DNA of 64,000 nt from Octopus sinensis (lineage: Eukaryota), in assembly GCF_006345805.1 (NCBI RefSeq), contig NC_042998.1:190154001-190218000 (forward strand), read 5' to 3'. The notes under the pieces were generated by a model that did no database searches, was not told the DNA's origin, and was given only the letters and a program-made list of their open reading frames with translations. Below are positions 37,445 through 51,198 of this stretch, piece by piece (positions within the stretch are counted from its first letter, which is position 1; every line of letters begins with the position of its first letter). Position numbers and translations under genes: made by a program.

Positions 37445-40400
37445 GCTCAGTTGTCACGAATTGCATTGATCATTTGTTAAGCCCAACATTATTACTATAG
37501 TATTGGGAAGAAAATAAGTAGAAACCTTTCCAGAAATGTGCATACATAGTCTTATGTCAAGTATGGAACAGACTATCATGAATATAAATAAAAGAACGCC
37601 TAAATACACACACAGGCATTTTCATACATTAAACATAAAAAAAAAAATTATATTTGTCTGTCATGTTTTCATACATTTTGTGGAGACACCGGAACACGAT
37701 TGTATTACTTCCTAATAACATCCGGTGCGTATCAGTGAGTTTGAAAATTGGAGGTGGTGAAAGACATGAACAAAGTGTGGCTGAAGATATTGCCACTATA
37801 GGTGCTTCTCTCTGTGTGCTAGTTTATTGGGGAAACCTTAGCAATAACATCAACAAACAATGTCTGAATATTGTCAAGAGAGATTGTAAGCGAAGCAAGT
37901 GGCTTATTGAAGACGACACTACCTGACAGTTGCAGTATCAATGACTATCATTCCATCGTTTATCTTATAAAAGTTCGGTATAATAGTTTTCCTTGGTTTT
38001 CTGTATTCTCTTTCTTTCGTCACCAGAAACAAAATAATGTGTCAGATTATGCAATCCACGTCTGCATGGTTGTTGTTATTTACAGTATTAAATTAAGTTA
38101 GAGTGCTGGATTTAGAATTTTACTAGAGGGGCTTAATCACGTCCTTTACGTTCTGCGTTCAAACCCAGTTGGGATTGATATGTCATCCATCCTGGCTCTG
38201 AATTAGGTCAATTTAATCAACTAAATTCCTTCCTAAATGTCTATAAACTTTTGCTAAAATTAGATATCAATAGCAGCAGTTGCTGTTGTTGTTGATTAAT
38301 TTCAGGCCAACTGTTATTCGACTGACCTATGGTCAAAGACGTTCTAGCTTTGACCATGCCATCTATTTTTCAGATATAATGCATCCAAATGAGTCTTTCT
38401 TTTATCATCGCATAATGTGAACTATTACCAATGTGAAAAATCATTATTAATGGCGATAAGAGACAAATATGCAAGATTTGAAATATAACTACAATATCTA
38501 GCAGTTGAGCGTCAATGCTGAAGCTCTCCCGTTAATATTAACGGTATGAGAGCCTAGTGGAATGGCATATCTGGAGAACTTTCTTTCGGGATTCATTCAA
38601 ACGCATTACAATATCTAGTTTTCTCTCTTTACATTCTGATTTCACATCCTGCTAGGATTCACTTTGTCTTTCATCCTCGCGGAATCAATTTAAATATCAT
38701 TCGTGTGTTAAGGTCATTTCTTTGATTACATTTCCAGTCAAAGTTGCAGACTCCACCACTTTCTCGTCATATGAACTATTACCAACGTGAAAAAAATCAT
38801 TATTAATGGTGATAAGAGACAAATATGCAAGATTTGATGATTTACTGCATTTACCAAGATATTTCGTTTTTGCAACATCAGTCCCTCAACGGTTGATAAA
38901 TGCCAGTATATAGGCCAGTGAACATGATGTGGAACCTAATCAAAATGAAGCATTATTATTACACAATGTTATAAATAAATAAATATATAAAATGATATCT
39001 AAATGTAATTAGCCTTGCTGAGAAATTAAGTCTACAATGGCCTTTTCAGCAGCTTTGGTTGAATATTGAACTGATGGATTTCGTTCCTATTTAACAAGTC
39101 ATCAGAATCCAAGAATCCACTCACCCCTCCTTTTTACGATGCCGAAATAAAAGGAAAGAAGGAATGTTAAGCAATTAAATAGGTCGATAATTTATCCACT
39201 AGAGATCAATAACATTGTCCAAATTTGTCTTAACCATTTGTGGCTATTAGCCTTGAATATTTGTGTTTACTGTTTATGTTGACTATTTGTTTTGGTAATG
39301 TTGATTATAAACAATACAAATTGCTATTAACGTTCATCACTTACGTTGACCATTAATGTTAATTATTTACGTTGATTATTTCTGTTAACTTTTTAGTTGA
39401 CTATTTGCGTTAACTATACTGACTGGTAACACCGCTTCATCCAACAGAACATCCTTGGGGTTACAGCAGATAATGAAATCTCGCCGTCAACAAGAGACAG
39501 GAGGTTGTTGCATCACAGGAGATAGGTTGTTGCAACGACAGTACTACAAATTATTCTACACAGACCACAGAACTAGGAAACCTCATGTACCATGTAGGAG
39601 AACCGGGCCTTTTACACCTGTCACACGATCTTTCAATAACTGATTCTAAGACCATAAATTGCATAATAACCAACATTTAAAATAATCGGAATCAACTCAG
39701 TCGGCTGAGTACACACTTTTGAAGGGGCATTGCACAAACAACTCCTGCTAACTTGCTAATTGCTTAATCGAAAATGCAATGAATCCCTAATTAGTCTATT
39801 GGGTTTCTCTTTGAAACCAAAGTGCCCTTCAATGCTTTTGTTCTTAAACATGCGTTTATATCATTTAAAATAAAAACACAAGAACAACAGAAATTTGTAT
39901 GAAACATTCTACATCTCTGCTTAGAACAGATATGGATATTTGATTAAAGCGTTTACTTCACAACCATTTGGCTTCGGGTTCAGTGCCACAGCGCGACACC
40001 TTTGGCATTGAGCCGACACATGCCTTTTGACTGAATTCGGTAGCTGGAAATTATGTAAATCCCTCGGGTATAGATATATGTGTGCGTGTGTGTGTGTGTG
40101 TGTGTGTGCGTGTGTGTGTATGCGTGTGTGTGTGTGTGTGTGTGTGTGCGCGCTCACATACATATGGGTGAGTGTGTACGCGTGTATATGTCATTTTTCT
40201 TTGAGTTTTATTAAAGTTCTGCTTGAAAGAGTTCAAGCCGGTCGCTAACAAAGCGACAAGACTTTTTTAAGTCAAGAGAGTTGTATGTATGTATGTATGT
40301 ATGTATGTATGTATGTATGTATGTATGTATGTTGGATATAAATATGCATATAAACACATACATATATATATACATGCAGACATACATATGTAAGCTGTAT

Positions 40401-40754
40401 ATATATATAATATATATATACATATATATATATACATAGATACATATATATATATACATAGATACATATATATATACATATAGATATATATATATATGTA
40501 TGTATATATATGTGTGTATATATATATATATGTGTGTGTGTGGTGTGTGTATGACTACTCACTTCTAACTTCATTATATATTGAACATTATTTTTTAAGG
40601 AAACCAAAAACAAGACGCGCGCACGCACACACGCAAATCTGTGTGTTTGTGTGCTTATGGGCGCGTGGGCGTTTCAGATTATTTTTCATTGAAAAATTTT
40701 ATATTGTATTTCTATGAGGTTGTTTAAATGCAAAATGTAGCAATACATAATTGC

Positions 40755-41460
40755 TCATACATTCACACATAAATACATACATACGTATATATACATACAC
40801 ACATGCATACATGCATACATACATACATACATACATACATACATACATACATACATAGATACATACATAATGCATACATACATACATACATACAAAAATA
40901 CATACATACATGCATACATACATACATACATACATACATAGATACATACATAATGCATACATACATACATACATACAAAAATACATACATACATACATAC
41001 ATACATACATACATACATACATAACTACATACATACATACATAATGCATACATACATACATACATACAAAAATACATACATACATGCATACATACATACA
41101 TGCATGCATGCATGCATGCATACATACATACATACATACATACGTACATGCATACATGCATACATACATGCATACATACATACATACACACATATACATA
41201 CATACATACATACAACATACATTCACACATAAATACATACATACGTACATTCACACATAAATACATACATACGTACATACACATGCATACATACATACAT
41301 ACATGCATGCATACATACATACATACATACATACACACATACATACATACGTACATACATGCATACATACATTCATACATACATGCATACATACATACGT
41401 GAATACATACATACATCTTTGACATTTGCATACATGATAGATACATACGTATGTACATGC
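40755..41460. repeat. Complex (CATA/CATG)n array with higher-order units
   Basis: atagatacatacataatgcatac..aaaaatac recurs at ~40855 and ~40938, with a variant at ~41040. Confidence 0.85.
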
Positions 41461-41476
41461 GTAAGTACATAAGTAC

Positions 41477-41511
<35 letters not shown>

Positions 41512-42305
41512 CTATATATATATATATATATATAGTATGTATGTATGTATATACTCACACACGCGTATATACATACATACATACATGCATACATGCATTC
41601 ATATATGTACACATATGCACGCGCGCGTGTGTGTGTGTAAGCTTGTTGGTGATCCAAAGCACAAGATGTATAGGTCAAATTAGGATTAATGGAGGCGGGA
41701 AACATCCGAGAAGAGTGTGTGCTGTTGTTTCAACGTGGCATTTTCGTCCATAAATTACTTTACAGCTGTATATTTATAACATAATTGATGATGTAAAAAC
41801 ACTCATTTCTCTCCTTTTACAAAATTAATGGTTTACATACAATAAATATAATATTAACAGATAACGATTCCCATAATATGAATAATATGCCATAGAGATT
41901 TAGCGATGAAAACTTTTATTCGAAGCTATCTGTCCTCATAACATAAATGAGATAATTGAATTGTGCAGTCATGACTTGCAGGTTATAGTGCCAAATGACA
42001 ATATTATGCCTATTTACTTCCAATAAATTGCTTTAGTTCGTTTTCATGACATTCTGTTTATCAAATACGACGAACAGGAATAGCAGACCAAAAGTCAAAA
42101 TATTATTTTACGCCAACTCAAATACTCGTTAGAGCAAGCAGTAACACTCGAAGGTCTAACTTGTAATATATTCAAAATATAACAAACTACGTCAAAAACA
42201 GATATTTTAAAGCATGTGTAGCTAGTGTAAAGAAGTGCTGTATATTCTGAAGAGAATTTGTTGTTATTTGATTTTTAAAAAAAGCTACCTTATAACGATA
42301 TATTT

Positions 42306-42483
42306 GTTTCTTTACTACCCACAAGGGGCTAAACATAGAGGGGACAAACAAGGACAGACAAACGGATTAAGTCGTTTACATGAACCCCAGTGCGTAACTG
42401 GTACTTAATTTATCGACCCCGAAAGGATGAAAGGCAAAGTCGACCTCGGCGGAGTTTGAACTCAGAACGTAACGGCAAACGAT
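42306..42483 (-). mobile_element. SINE family B, head-truncated
   Basis: Colinear with 666-899 up to agaacgtaacggc. Confidence 0.88.
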
Positions 42484-42632
42484 ATATTGATGGTTATACG
42501 GCAAATGAATTGGGTTTCTTTTTCAAGAATAGAAACACTTGAAGTTTATTTCACACTTGACTGCTATTCACACATCTTAAACGATGTCCGTTCATACAAA
42601 TATATACACACTCACTCGCATACACACACACA

Positions 42633-42708
<76 letters not shown>

Positions 42709-43148
42709 ACACACACATACACAGATGCAAACATACACTCAAACCGCGCACGCACGCACATTCTGGACAAAAGTCATTTTCACATTTGACAAAGCAGTGA
42801 GCTATTTATTGGCCAACTGAACCCTTCCTTTGACCTCAAATGTCGAATGCGGCTATTATTGATGAATGCCTGTAATAAATGGAAAAAAAGAGAGAAGAAA
42901 CAAGCAGAATGTGACGCTGGAGTCTGAACATTCACACTCAGTTAATTCCAAGGTTGGTGATCACGTAGCTCATCAAATGAGATCGAATGCGTGTCTCGCA
43001 GAGAGACAAAGTTCTCTCCATACTACATCTCTATTCAAGGGACAGACAGCACTCTCACCGAATTCAGTGTCTTTGGATTATTTAAAACAATGTCTTGACA
43101 ATAAAGTCTGTTCATCTCGCTTCTTCGGGGTTTCGTTTACATAAACGA

Positions 43149-43397
43149 GGTACGACTTGAGAACAGTGGACCTGGTGCGCGCTAGCTAGACATGACTAGT
43201 CGATCCTTACTTTGTGTTTTTGTGTTTTATTTACTTTGTTAACAAAAATTATTCACTTTGTGTAGAAAAAATTATTTATTTTGTGTTTTATTTACTTTGC
43301 CAGGTAGTCGTTATAGGATCGACTAGTCACGACTAGCTAGCGCGGATGCGCGACTACGCGAGTGCGCGCACCGAGACCACTGTTCTCAAGTAGTACC
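43149..43397. mobile_element. 249-bp MITE with ~58-bp TIRs and perfect 9-bp TSD (Mutator-like)
   Basis: ggtacgacttgagaacagtgg.. / ..ccactgttctcaagtagtacc; TSD cataaacga at 43140-43148 and 43398-43406. Confidence 0.88.
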
Positions 43398-43539
43398 CAT
43401 AAACGATTCGTAAGGCAAAAAGAATGTGTTAGTACTGGAAAATGGAGAATATCATAAGCGAAAGGTAGCATTCTTAACAACAGAGCAACTAACAGAAATT
43501 CAGTCCTAAATATATAAACAGATGTGTGCTCCATATATA

Positions 43540-43770
43540 TATTTCTTTACTACCCACAAGGGGCTAAACACAGAGGGGACAAACAAGGACAGACAAACGG
43601 ATTGAGTCAATTACATCGACCCCACTGTGTAACTGGTACTTATTTCGACCCCGAAAGGATGAAAGGCAAAGTCGACCTCGGCGGAATTTGAACTCGGAAC
43701 GTAACGACAGACGAAATACGGCTACGCATTTCGCCCGGCTTGCTAACGTTTCCGCCTGCTCGCCGCCTTA
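43540..43770 (-). mobile_element. SINE family B, full length
   Basis: Colinear with 666-899. Confidence 0.9.
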
Positions 43771-44189
43771 TATAAACCTCTGTAATCTGTACGAACAACC
43801 AAATATTTCCAGAATGCGAGAAACTCACAGTACTAAGCTTCTTACTGATTACTTTGCTGTAAAACTTGATGTTGAATTGTTTAGATTTAAGCATTTATAT
43901 CTGGAGCAATATTTCTATAGATCACATCTATATGAAAGTTGCATAGGTCTCCTCCAATAGGACAGCTCTGGTGCTAAAGCACAATGACAATAACGATACG
44001 TGATTTTTGTGATATGAGATTTCCAAACAAATTGGAGCTAGTACCAAAATGGCTAAAAAAAACATTCAAATTTAGAATTTCACCGAGAAGAGAAGGTAGT
44101 ACCTGAACGCTGCTAACTGTATCATCAGTAACTTCTACTTTGATGTTCAGTATACCTTGAAAAAAAGAACTCTGCAGAGGTCTGAATAT

Positions 44190-44226
44190 AATGACAGACA
44201 GACAGACAGACAGATAGCTAGCTAGC

Positions 44227-44261
<35 letters not shown>

Positions 44262-44266
44262 CAGAT

Positions 44267-44298
<32 letters not shown>

Positions 44299-44300
44299 CG

Positions 44301-44380
<80 letters not shown>
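44190..44380. repeat. (GACA)n/(GATA)n microsatellite
   Basis: Direct reading. Confidence 0.95.
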
Positions 44381-44381
<1 letters not shown>

Positions 44382-44551
44382 AGAACTTAGAAAGTTCTCG
44401 CTTGGTGCCCAGGTGCGCATTCAAGAATAGTTTCGGTTCAACTCTAATAGAAAAGCTTGGGGTATGTTTTTCATTGAGATTGTGACAAACATTTGCACCA
44501 ACTTTCTGCCATCAGCATCTCCGAAAAGTGTGGCAGATCCTATACAAGTCT

Positions 44552-44950
44552 TCATCCCTGAAAACGATATTTTGAGAAAAAGAATTTATCTTCATGCAAA
44601 CAAATTGTATTTTTCTCGTCTCGTTTATTAAGTAATGTTGATTTGACCATTAAAATGAAGAATTTCTTGTTTATACATAGATTACATCGATTATTATTAA
44701 TGTTATATGCAGAAGGTTTCGCTAGGATACGCCATTCTAATCTATAGTTAATGTTATTGTCTTTTAGTTCCCAGATGTAACTACTTAGTCCAGTAGAATT
44801 CGCTTTACTTCTATTTCTGAAACTTGAGCGATGGGAATTATATCTAAGTTTCATTTCATTTTTAGTTGCTCCAATATAAGTTTTCATGTAATTATTTGCA
44901 AGTACATCACATTGATAGCTTACGTTTTTAGTTTTACTTTTATTTGAGAA
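44552..44950 (-). pseudogene. Penelope-like GIY-YIG endonuclease domain
   Basis: CKTKNVSYQCDV..TYIGATKNEMKLRYNSHRSSF..STGLSSYIWELK..CNLC..LLNKRDE..CLH; no RT upstream. Confidence 0.82.
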
Positions 44951-45164
44951 TTCACAAGTATTTTTATCTCTGCAGCCACATAGATAATTAAACTTGTCTG
45001 TGCCTATGATATGTTAAGTGGGGTTATTATTTATAAGAAACCAAGTACTGCTTCGGTAGTAGACCCTACAACCTATCCTGACTTCAGTCATGAATAATGA
45101 ACAATAGTAATCGTGTCACTGAATTGCAGTATGTCGACGACAACGCCTTGTCAGCTCTTTTATG

Positions 45165-45676
45165 ATGGTGATGAAACGAGGATAGCTTGTAAGGACAGAA
45201 GGCATATGGTTGCCATGTGTTGAAATCATGAAGGCAATTCAACCTCAGTCTAGCTATAAATACCTGGTAATACTTGAGGTAGATGGAATCAAACTCAACG
45301 ACATGATGGAAAAGACAAAAAGAGAGTACCTGCGGCGACTGAGAAAAATTTTGACTTCAAAGCTGAATGCCAGAAACATAATTTCGGCAATAAACTCGCA
45401 CACAGTCGCAGTAGTTCGATATGGTGCTGGAATCTTGAAGTGGACAGAGGAGAAGCTAAAAGAGATGGACAGGAAGTCAAGAAAGGTCCTAATGATGCAT
45501 GGAACCCATCATCCACGTTCAGACACTGATCGCTTATACATGAAGAGAACAAATGGAGGAAAGGATTGATAAGTGTGGAAGACTGCATGCGTATCGAGCT
45601 CGAAAGCTTAATGAGATACCTAGCCCAAAGTAAGGAAACATTGCTAGTGACACTTAGGAACGAGTGAGTATTGAGA
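45165..45676 (+). mobile_element. R4/Dong LINE, post-RT fragment running into the gap
   Basis: YKYLVILE..KREYLRRLRKILTSKLNARNIISAINS..DRKSRKVLMMHGTHHPRSDTDRLYMKR. Confidence 0.88.
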
Positions 45677-45776
45677 NNNNNNNNNNNNNNNNNNNNNNNN
45701 NNNNNNNNNNNNNNNNNNNNNNNNNNNNNNNNNNNNNNNNNNNNNNNNNNNNNNNNNNNNNNNNNNNNNNNNNNNN
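45677..45776. other. Assembly gap (100 N)
   Basis: Run of 100 N. Confidence 0.99.
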
Positions 45777-45799
45777 AGGGCTGGAACAAATAAAGTATT

Positions 45800-46024
45800 T
45801 ATTTCTTTACTACCCACAAGGGGCTAAACACAGAGGGGACAAACAAGGACAGACAAACGGATTAAGTCGATTACATCGATCCCAGTGCGTAACTGGTACT
45901 TAATTTATCGACCCCGAAAAGATGAAAGGCAAAGTCGACCTCGGCGGAATTTGAACTCAGAACGTAGCGGCAGACGAAATACGGCTACGCATTTCGCCCG
46001 GCGTGCTAACGTTTCCTGCCAGCT
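45800..46024 (-). mobile_element. SINE family B
   Basis: Colinear with 666-899; a few head bases missing. Confidence 0.9.
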
Positions 46025-46056
46025 CTGGACGCTCAGGAAAGAAGGGAAGAAGGAGG

Positions 46057-46091
46057 GTTTAACGTTTCGAGCGGAACTCTTCGTCGGAAAC
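46057..46091 (-). ncRNA. Second copy of the 35-nt hammerhead motif, U4->C variant
   Basis: gttt-CCGACGA-a-gagttccgctc-GAA-acgt-T-aaac; flanks match 36545-36650. Confidence 0.5.
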
Positions 46092-46146
46092 ATAGGAGAA
46101 GGAAAGATCCCGAGAAGGGAAGACAGAGGAAAAAAGAGGTCACATA

Positions 46147-46535
46147 TATATATTATATAAAATCCGTTCTGTCTGTCTGTCTGTGTGTCTTCTAAGGATC
46201 TCAGGCATCCTCCGTCCGATTGCGCTCAAATTTGATATGTAGATACCAACGGTATCAGGGCGTGTATAAGTCTTGAAAAAATTACAGTTATCGATTCCAG
46301 GTGAGAATGCGATCGATAAAGCCGTAGGAACGTGCATTTGTAAAATCGTTTTTCTTGGAATAAAAAAAAGTCTATCTTTATTTATTCTGTTGCTTGTGTC
46401 TCAAATTTAGGTTAAGTCAGTGTTTCTCAACGGGGAGGCCTATGGGACGGTCGGACAAGTTGTTTTGAGAAAATTTGGTTTAAATGTTTGACAACTCAGC
46501 ACCGTCAATTGGACGGTGGGGGGCGTTTTGCGCGT
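46147..46535 (+). mobile_element. Non-autonomous Helitron (family H2), copy 1
   Basis: ttatataaaatcc..(tgtc)n 5' region; subterminal hairpin caccgtc-aattg-gacggtg; homologous to 53802-54239. Confidence 0.75.
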
Positions 46536-46878
46536 GTATATATATATATATATATATAGCATATATTTTCCAGATACAATCGATCAGAGATAGAGTCAAA
46601 ATTTGTAAAACATTCCAAAGATTCCCCATTGGAGGTTCCTAAGCTGAAAATATGAACGCAACCACATATACGAATGAAATACACGTAAAAAGAAAAATAA
46701 AGTACACCCAGAACACGAGTACAAGTACATGCAGAAACACACACTCACAAAAAACCTACAAACACACGCGCGCGCGCGCACATGCACATGCACACGCCAA
46801 CCAATTCATATAGCCACATATATACATTATCATAAGGTTCGAATGTACGCATGTCTCATTGGGTTTATGTATATAGAA

Positions 46879-46930
<52 letters not shown>

Positions 46931-47029
46931 CGATACATGACAGATTTAAAGATACCTAGCTGTGTTAGAAACGTGAGTGCATATTTTATCCACAAATATA
47001 TAACACATATATGCATATATAACATACAG

Positions 47030-47073
<44 letters not shown>

Positions 47074-47200
47074 GTGGGTGTGTGGGTATGTATGAATGTA
47101 TGTATGTATGTACGTATGTATGTATGTATCTATCTATGTATGTATGTATATATGTGTATATATATATATGTATGTGTATATATATATATATGTGTGTGTG

Positions 47201-47231
<31 letters not shown>

Positions 47232-47241
47232 GTATGTGTGG

Positions 47242-47313
<72 letters not shown>

Positions 47314-47828
47314 ATGTATATTGTATATGTATATGTATATATATATGTATGTATGTATATTATATATATACGTATGCATATACTAAATAAATACGTAAAT
47401 ATGTATGTATGTATGTATATAACAGATAACAGATAGAGAAATCTTTCTCAGCAAAGATAAGCAGTCATATATTTTTTCACCTCCAAGTTTAATGTGATGA
47501 ATTGTCTTTTTGTCCGGGGTTTTTTTTTTTTTTTGCGTATATTCCTTTGTATTTTATTTGTTTTATTAGCTTTTGCTTTTCCTTTTTTTTTTTTTTTCTA
47601 TTTCTCTTAATTTTTTTTGCAAGATAAACTTTCGTATTCCTCAACTGTGACTACATGTATGGCTACAAACTTACTACACCAGGAAATTGCGTCTTTTTCT
47701 TTATTCTTTTGTTTTTAGATAAGACATTATTCGTCAGTATATACATACAGAAATACACACACGTGTATATATAAATATATATATTTATATACACGTGTAT
47801 GTATGTATGTATGTATGATGTATGTATG

Positions 47829-47870
<42 letters not shown>

Positions 47871-48013
47871 TATATGTACATGTACATACAATATATTATA
47901 TACATACATACATACATACAAATATATATATTTATACGTACACACATATTTACATATATATATAGTATATATGTCTATATATATATATATATATACATAT
48001 ATATATGTATATA

Positions 48014-48059
<46 letters not shown>

Positions 48060-48065
48060 TATATA

Positions 48066-48116
<51 letters not shown>

Positions 48117-48464
48117 ATATATATTATATTATATATATATGTATGATGTATATATATAATATATTATATATTATATATATATATATATATCACATTTACA
48201 AACATATATGCACACATGTTTACACGTCTATGCAGATAGATACATATATACATATATACTTACAAACACACAAAAACGCGCAAACACACGCATATACACA
48301 CAGACACACACAAACACACACACATAAACACACAGACACACACACACTCCTGTCAATTTCGAAGCATATATCTAGTTGATTGAACAACTGAACTTTTTAC
48401 TCATTGAATTAGAGTGCGAAGTTGTTGAGTATTCCTCAGTCATATGTGCCCTTAACATAACTCT

Positions 48465-48650
48465 CTTATACCTATGTCTGTCCTTGTTTGTCCCCTCTAT
48501 GTTTAGCCTCTTGTGTGTAATAAAGAAATAAGTATTTATTGGTCGGCTATAGTACAAGACACTTTCCCCCAAGGTGCCGCGCAGTGCGAGTAAACCTGAA
48601 ACCGCATGACTGCAAAGCAAGCTTCTTAACCACAAAGCTATACCTGTCAT
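48465..48650. mobile_element. SINE B tail (+) fused to degenerate SINE A head (-)
   Basis: tgtctgtccttgtttgtcccctc..aataaagaaata then ggtcggctatagtacaagacactttccccaaggtgcc. Confidence 0.7.
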
Positions 48651-50179
48651 TTGTCAATTCGATCAGAGCTGATCAATTGCTAAACAACGATGGCAACAAC
48701 TCGTAAGTGACAGACCGACAAATTTCTGTGGCTTTGTAGATGTTTTACATCATCTAGAAATTTAATTTAAAGGCTAACAACAAATGCTAAACTGATTCGG
48801 ATCTGCAGTTCACTTGACATGTAAAGAGGAATGTAACACACGTAATCCCATTATGGGATTATAGCTTAAGACATATAGCAGTGTTACTTGGAATTAAAGA
48901 AATTAAGATTTTGAAATTCTAAACAAGTTTATCGATAGCCAAAAGTGGATCGATAACCAGATTTACATTTAAGATGTGATTTACATAACTTAGTAGATAT
49001 GACTGAGCGCATTAAAAAAAAACTGGATTACTAATTCATTGACTATGAGTTCGAATCCATTACAGACCTTCCGATGTGCTTTTAAGGACAAGGAGCACAG
49101 GCAGATCTGTAAAGCTAAGAAAGTCACTGCGCAGCACCTCAGGCAATTGTCTTCTGTAACTTCGAGTTAACCAACGCTTTGCGAATGGAATTTATTAGAA
49201 AATCTGTGGAAGCTGGTCGCATAGAGATGTGTGGGAGATGTGTGTGTGTGTGTGTGTGTATGTGTGCGTGCGTGCGTGCGTGCGTGTGTGTGTGTGTGTG
49301 TCTGTCTGTCTGTGTGTGTGTGTGTGTGTTGTGTGTGTGTGTGAGGGTTTGTCTGTCTTTCGGTGATATACATCAATGAGAAAACCGATAAACTGGTGAT
49401 ATTTGTTCCGCCTGATTCGCACAGAAAACCCCTTACCACTTCGCCGTCATCACAAATTTGCCAAGTCATTCGTTGGTTCATAGAAACCTGGGGGCAATGA
49501 AGCTATTGTGAATAGAATACGATATAATTTTTTTTTAAATATAAAGAAAAAATGCAAGGTATCAAGCCGTGACCATTTCGTCATTGCTTTTATAGAATAC
49601 GTTTTTTATAGAAAAACTCGTACATATGACAGAAGACCTTCACTCCTTTAAAGGCAATATTTAGAGAACACCCTGACCCGTGTTCACAGATTTGACGATG
49701 ATATTTATTAAAAAGGACATAATGCAGAATCTAAAGATATAAGAACAACACGTCTTAAAATTTGGAATGAAAATAAAAGCTGGAAAAGAGGGAGTCAATT
49801 TAAGGATAACTGCTGGGGAAGGTCCGAATGTCTCGTAAGACTGCGTCCGAATGCAGTAAGTTCCTCGTCAGGGCACAGACCTGAGCGAGTTTTTTTGGTT
49901 GTTGTTGTTAAAACCAGCAGTTACTTATGCATCTTATGCATGCACGTCCACTCTCGACACCGATTTTATCCAAAGGAAAAGCAAGAATGTATATAGCTTC
50001 GCACCAGCGCCGTCGCGCACTGTATGGGCAAAAGGAAAGAGCAAAGCTAATCAAAATAGAAAGAAAGACGCTCAAACAAGTCTATTAGTTTAAATATTAG
50101 GAAAGAAAATAATGTAAGATGAAAGACAAGGATGAAATAATAAAATAAAGAGCCGGGCAGAATACAGCAGCTTACAGCG

Positions 50180-50552
50180 GTGGAGGCGCAATGGCCCAGT
50201 GGTTAGGGCAGCGGAGTCGCGGTCGGAGGATCGGGGTTTCGATTCCCAGACCGGGCGTTGTGTGTGTTTATTGAGCGAAAACACCTAAAGCTCCACGAGG
50301 CTCCGGCAGGGGGTGGTGGCGACCCCTGTTGTACTCTTTCGCCCCAACTTTCTCTCACTCTTTCTTCCTGTTTCTTGTCCCCGACTTCCTATGCAACCGC
50401 TGAGCCCGGATGCGCACTCATCCATCCGTCGATGCTCTCGGTGTCGGGAGTTGACCTGCTTTCTCTTCTGCGGGTCTTACGAATAACAAAGGACCACGTT
50501 TCGGACCGCTCGGACCGGAACGCTCAACAGCAACAGCAGCAACATCAACAGC
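50180..50552 (+). mobile_element. SINE family C head with alternative tail Y
   Basis: First ~190 bp match 4843-5040; tail diverges and ends in (caacag)n; imperfect cagcagct..agcg flanking repeat. Confidence 0.88.
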
Positions 50553-50939
50553 AGCAGCTAAAGCGACTGTAGTAAAATTAAACCTTGTTTGGAAAAACAA
50601 AAATATATTACAACAAAAATTAATTTTGTAAAAGCAATAGGAACTTCTGTTCTTTAAGGATTGCGAATTTTAGAGGATGTGTGCTGAAAGTGAGAAAAGG
50701 GATCATAGCTTTTGAAATGAAATCTTATAGAAAATGTTTATTATTCCATATACTGAAAATTGAACAAACGAGTTTTAAGAAAGACGTTGAGAACCAAAAA
50801 CCTCTTTTGTCAATTGACAAAAGACGGGAATTCAATAGTTTGGTCAGATTTGACACGATACGATGACATCTTAGCTCTAATGAGCATGAGCTTGTACGGA
50901 CAATCCGTAATAGAATAGAAATAGTAAGCAAACGAAGTG

Positions 50940-51050
50940 AATAGTTGAATCTCACCAATGAATGGACAGGACAGAAGATAAGAGAAAACTTAAGATGGCT
51001 GATAACCACAGAAGATGGAGGGAAGATGTTGTGTTTTTTGTGCATCCATG
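50940..51050 (+). mobile_element. Possible hAT transposase zinc-finger relic
   Basis: NEWTGQKIRENLRWLITTEDGGKMLCFLC resembles the W..WL....C..C TTF-type motif; short and isolated. Confidence 0.25.
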
Positions 51051-51198
51051 GTTATAGATTTTGATTGATGATGCCATGAAATCGAAGTTAAAAGCTGATC
51101 CCACTAGTGTTTTTTCTTTATTTTTCTTTTGAGAATTATAAACCATTTACATTATCTGCCTAACATTACTTCTGGATTAAGTCGCTATTAAGTGAACT

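Noticed and set aside
37654-37926. 90-aa ORF (also the 92-aa ORF at 42866-43144)
   Set aside because: No recognisable domain or convincing splice signals; length is compatible with chance.
39075-39120. CTGATGA..GAAA on the minus strand
   Set aside because: No room for stem III and a weak stem II.
41680-41760. Cluster of E2F-like (GGCGGGAAA) and homeodomain-like motifs
   Set aside because: Short motifs are expected by chance; no conservation data is available.
45295-45903. ORFs containing X runs
   Set aside because: They are artefacts of reading through the 100-N gap.
49825-49890. Hammerhead-like CTGACGAG on the minus strand
   Set aside because: GAGAC instead of GAAAC, no NUH triplet and no stem I pairing.
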